Shown: positions 61,496-64,000 of the stretch, piece after piece | Numbering within the stretch: position 1 is the first letter of the stretch | How the letters are laid out: the number at the start of each line of letters is the position of its first letter | Assembly (NCBI GenBank): GCA_002633005.1 | Contig: NMRA01000014.1 | Span: forward strand, 672,955-736,954 | DNA length: 64,000 nt | Reading direction: 5' to 3' | From: Phoronis australis | Taxonomy: Eukaryota > Animalia > Phoronida | Notes under the pieces: model-generated | Databases searched by the model: none | What the model saw: only the letters and a program-made list of their open reading frames with translations | Told to the model about the DNA's origin: nothing | Position numbers and translations under genes: made by a program

Positions 61496-63187
61496 GTCGC
61501 ACACAACATTATGTAAGTGCCACGCATGAAGACATGAATGCGATTCTAGACGTCATCAATCTTGACTCTGTGGGTTGGTAGTTGTAGGCCCACGGAGACA
61601 AGGTAAAACCCAGCCGTGACTACATGGGCGTCGGTTCGCTTTTTACTGAACAAAAAGTGGAATTATATGTATCCATGGCACTGCAATAATGACTCGAATC
61701 AAGTTTGAAATCTTGGCCACTTACCTCTAATGTGTAAGCACTTTTAACGGTAAGAATAAGCGAGGAACTCGCACAGTCTTGTCGTCGTGGTATTGCAGTA
61801 GGCCCTAAGTCTCCGTGAAGCACGCGACCGCAGAACACTGATTACGCCTACATGTACGTGGCAGCGAACGGGTGCCATAAAGTACTGAGGCCGCTCCTTC
61901 GCTTGACTTGAATTTCGCAAAAGCATTCAACGTTGACATCGTTGTAAGAATGAGAAGGAGGCGTGGGGCGGGGTGGATGTCCTTGTCGCTCTCCAGTTGT
62001 TTTTGTCCTACGGAGTCGAAGCCAACATCCGGTCCGAAATAAGCGTTTTAATATATAGATTGCCATTCAAAGCCAATGTTTTGTACTCGGTGCAGTTAAA
62101 TTTGTTATGAAGATATAACTTAAGCATATTTTTTAAATGTTTAATATTTTTCAGTACGTTATGGAAAGAATTCAACTATGGCTTTTCGTATTACTTCCAG
62201 TGAAAGTTAACTCAAATGCGTTTTCAAATTTTATTGTAAATAAGAAATTACTTTTAGTTAACTTGCGCATCTACTATTACACATTCGGTTCAATAAAAAC
62301 AAACTATACTGTTGCTATTTTAAAAATTCGTACTTTTAAATATGAATTTAAAAAGCTTTCAAGTTTTTTATTGTTTAATGTTGCTGTGTGTATGTTTTGA
62401 ACGTTTCTGAGGACAAGTCTAGGCTCTTCGTTTCGTCTCACGGCTCGAAAGTTCCACGGTCAGGTTCGATTTTATGTTTATCCCACCTCTGGCAACTTTT
62501 CTATACGTAGATGAACTTAAAAACAACTTCAGTGGTGAATTTTTTCCATTCAGCTGAAAATACAGGAAATTGTAAAAATTTCCATGTTATGATATTAGAG
62601 GGGTCATTTGATAATCACTTACTTGAGACATGTGGCAATAATTATAGAGGCTTAGAACGCAAAAACTCGAAAAAATACCTTTTCAACACGTCGTGGAGAA
62701 TCTACTTCCTGGCAATGCTACCCTGAAAGTTTTTATACATTGAATGCTCTAAGAATTTCTAGAAAAAGTCATCAGATTCACCATTTTGCATCTTAGACAA
62801 AATATAAACTCTTTCATCCAACAACAGTTTTCGTCCCTAATAATGCGCTTTTAAATAAGTCAGACTGGCTGCTGTTTTAAATCGGCGTTGTTTTGTTTAC
62901 ATCAAAGGTCCAACGTCACATTTTCCATATAAGGCAAATATGCTACGTCTACTATGTCTTTCCATACCAAGTAAGCAGACGTGCTTTGCCTTGTGGGAGA
63001 AAAATCGACGACGTGACCAGCAGTTAACGGATCATTTTTTGAAATTTCAGACTAATGGAAAATGCTTTGACATCAACAGAAATTCAAAATCTTTACGAAC
63101 AAACCGTAATAATACCTGCAGCAAAACTGAGAACTTCAGTTAGAGCAAATGCGTGTATGGCGCTAAACGGTAACAAACGGACATTAT

Positions 63188-64000
63188 AGGCAAAGGCAAC
63201 CTATTTCATGTCATTTTTAGTACAAAATAAGGTTCGTTGATTATCCCAGACATATTTTTCAATTAAATACAGCTTTTCGTAATTTAATTAATTACTCGTC
63301 CCCTACTCCAGGAGTGACGATTAGGGAGTCGAGACTTTGTCGCCATTTCTTTTTGTATAGTCCGACTCTGTGATCTGTCGAGTCAGTCATTGTTCTACCT
63401 CGGTTGTGCTAAGTTCGCTTGTTGTTTGCTTTTGTTTACAAGTCAGTCAACATGCCACACTGTTGCTGTGTACCAGGATGTACTCATTATCGTCTCACGT
63501 GCACTCTGGATATACCATTACATCGCCTCCGAAAGATAACACACTTCGCCGCACTTGGCTCCTTCTAAAGAACACAGGCTTACCCGTCCATGCAACATAC
63601 AAAGCAGTGGAGAATTATCGAGTGTGTGGCAAGCATTTTCTGCCGTCGGATTACGAAAGAGATATGTACGCTGAATTGAAGACGGTCCCTGCAAAACAAC
63701 GCCTGAAGAAAGGTGCCACTCGCTGTTGATTCCCGGCAGTGCCCAGTCGCCAACCCCGAGTACATTTTTGAAGCAAGAAGCCTCGCGAACTGTGATCACT
63801 ATTAATAGTGACTGCTGGAGGCACTTCATCTACTGTTATCCGTGCCTACAAACGTACCCCAGAGTGTGCAGTTCCGGGAACTAGCAATGATTCGCCCTGT
63901 TCTGTTGTCTAGCCCAGAGTCTGTAAGCAGCCCTGCAGTGATGTTGAGTAGTGGGAATGAATACAGGTCCAGTTCGACACCCAGTGAGGAGGGCAGTTCG
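63188..64000 (+). mobile_element. Kolobok copy 2 (THAP pseudogene), running off the window end
   Basis: Terminus AGGCAAAGGCAACC is identical to the revcomp of the 8524 end. MPHCCCVPGC at 63452 and RVCGKHFLPSDY..LKKG; colinear with the revcomp of 8524 to ~7685. Confidence 0.85.

Overview
This is eukaryotic DNA from an invertebrate animal (mollusc/lophotrochozoan-like by inference), AT-rich and mostly made of nested, decayed transposable elements. DNA transposons: a ~5 kb TA-flanked TIR family with CAGCACACATCACGAATTTT ends (5 copies or fragments), three different Academ elements (one keeps a near-complete but broken transposase+XPG ORF), a Sola3, two THAP-encoding Kolobok copies, pogo-like elements, a Harbinger-like MITE and a Helentron-like repeat. 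Retroelements: a Gmr1-type (integrase-before-RT) Gypsy remnant, a Gypsy gag, a solo LTR and two LINE fragments. Host genes show up only as isolated exons: a minus-strand neuroglian/L1/hemolin-like Ig gene (two phase-compatible exons) and a plus-strand calpain exon. The most striking non-annotated signal is a roughly 10-fold excess of TACATGTA. Comparing repeat copies shows that several are CATGTA insertions at TA sites, consistent with transposon excision footprints. I found no prokaryote-type systems (CRISPR, operons) or RNA genes. All calls are by eye; no searches were run, and boundaries without a TIR or TSD are approximate.
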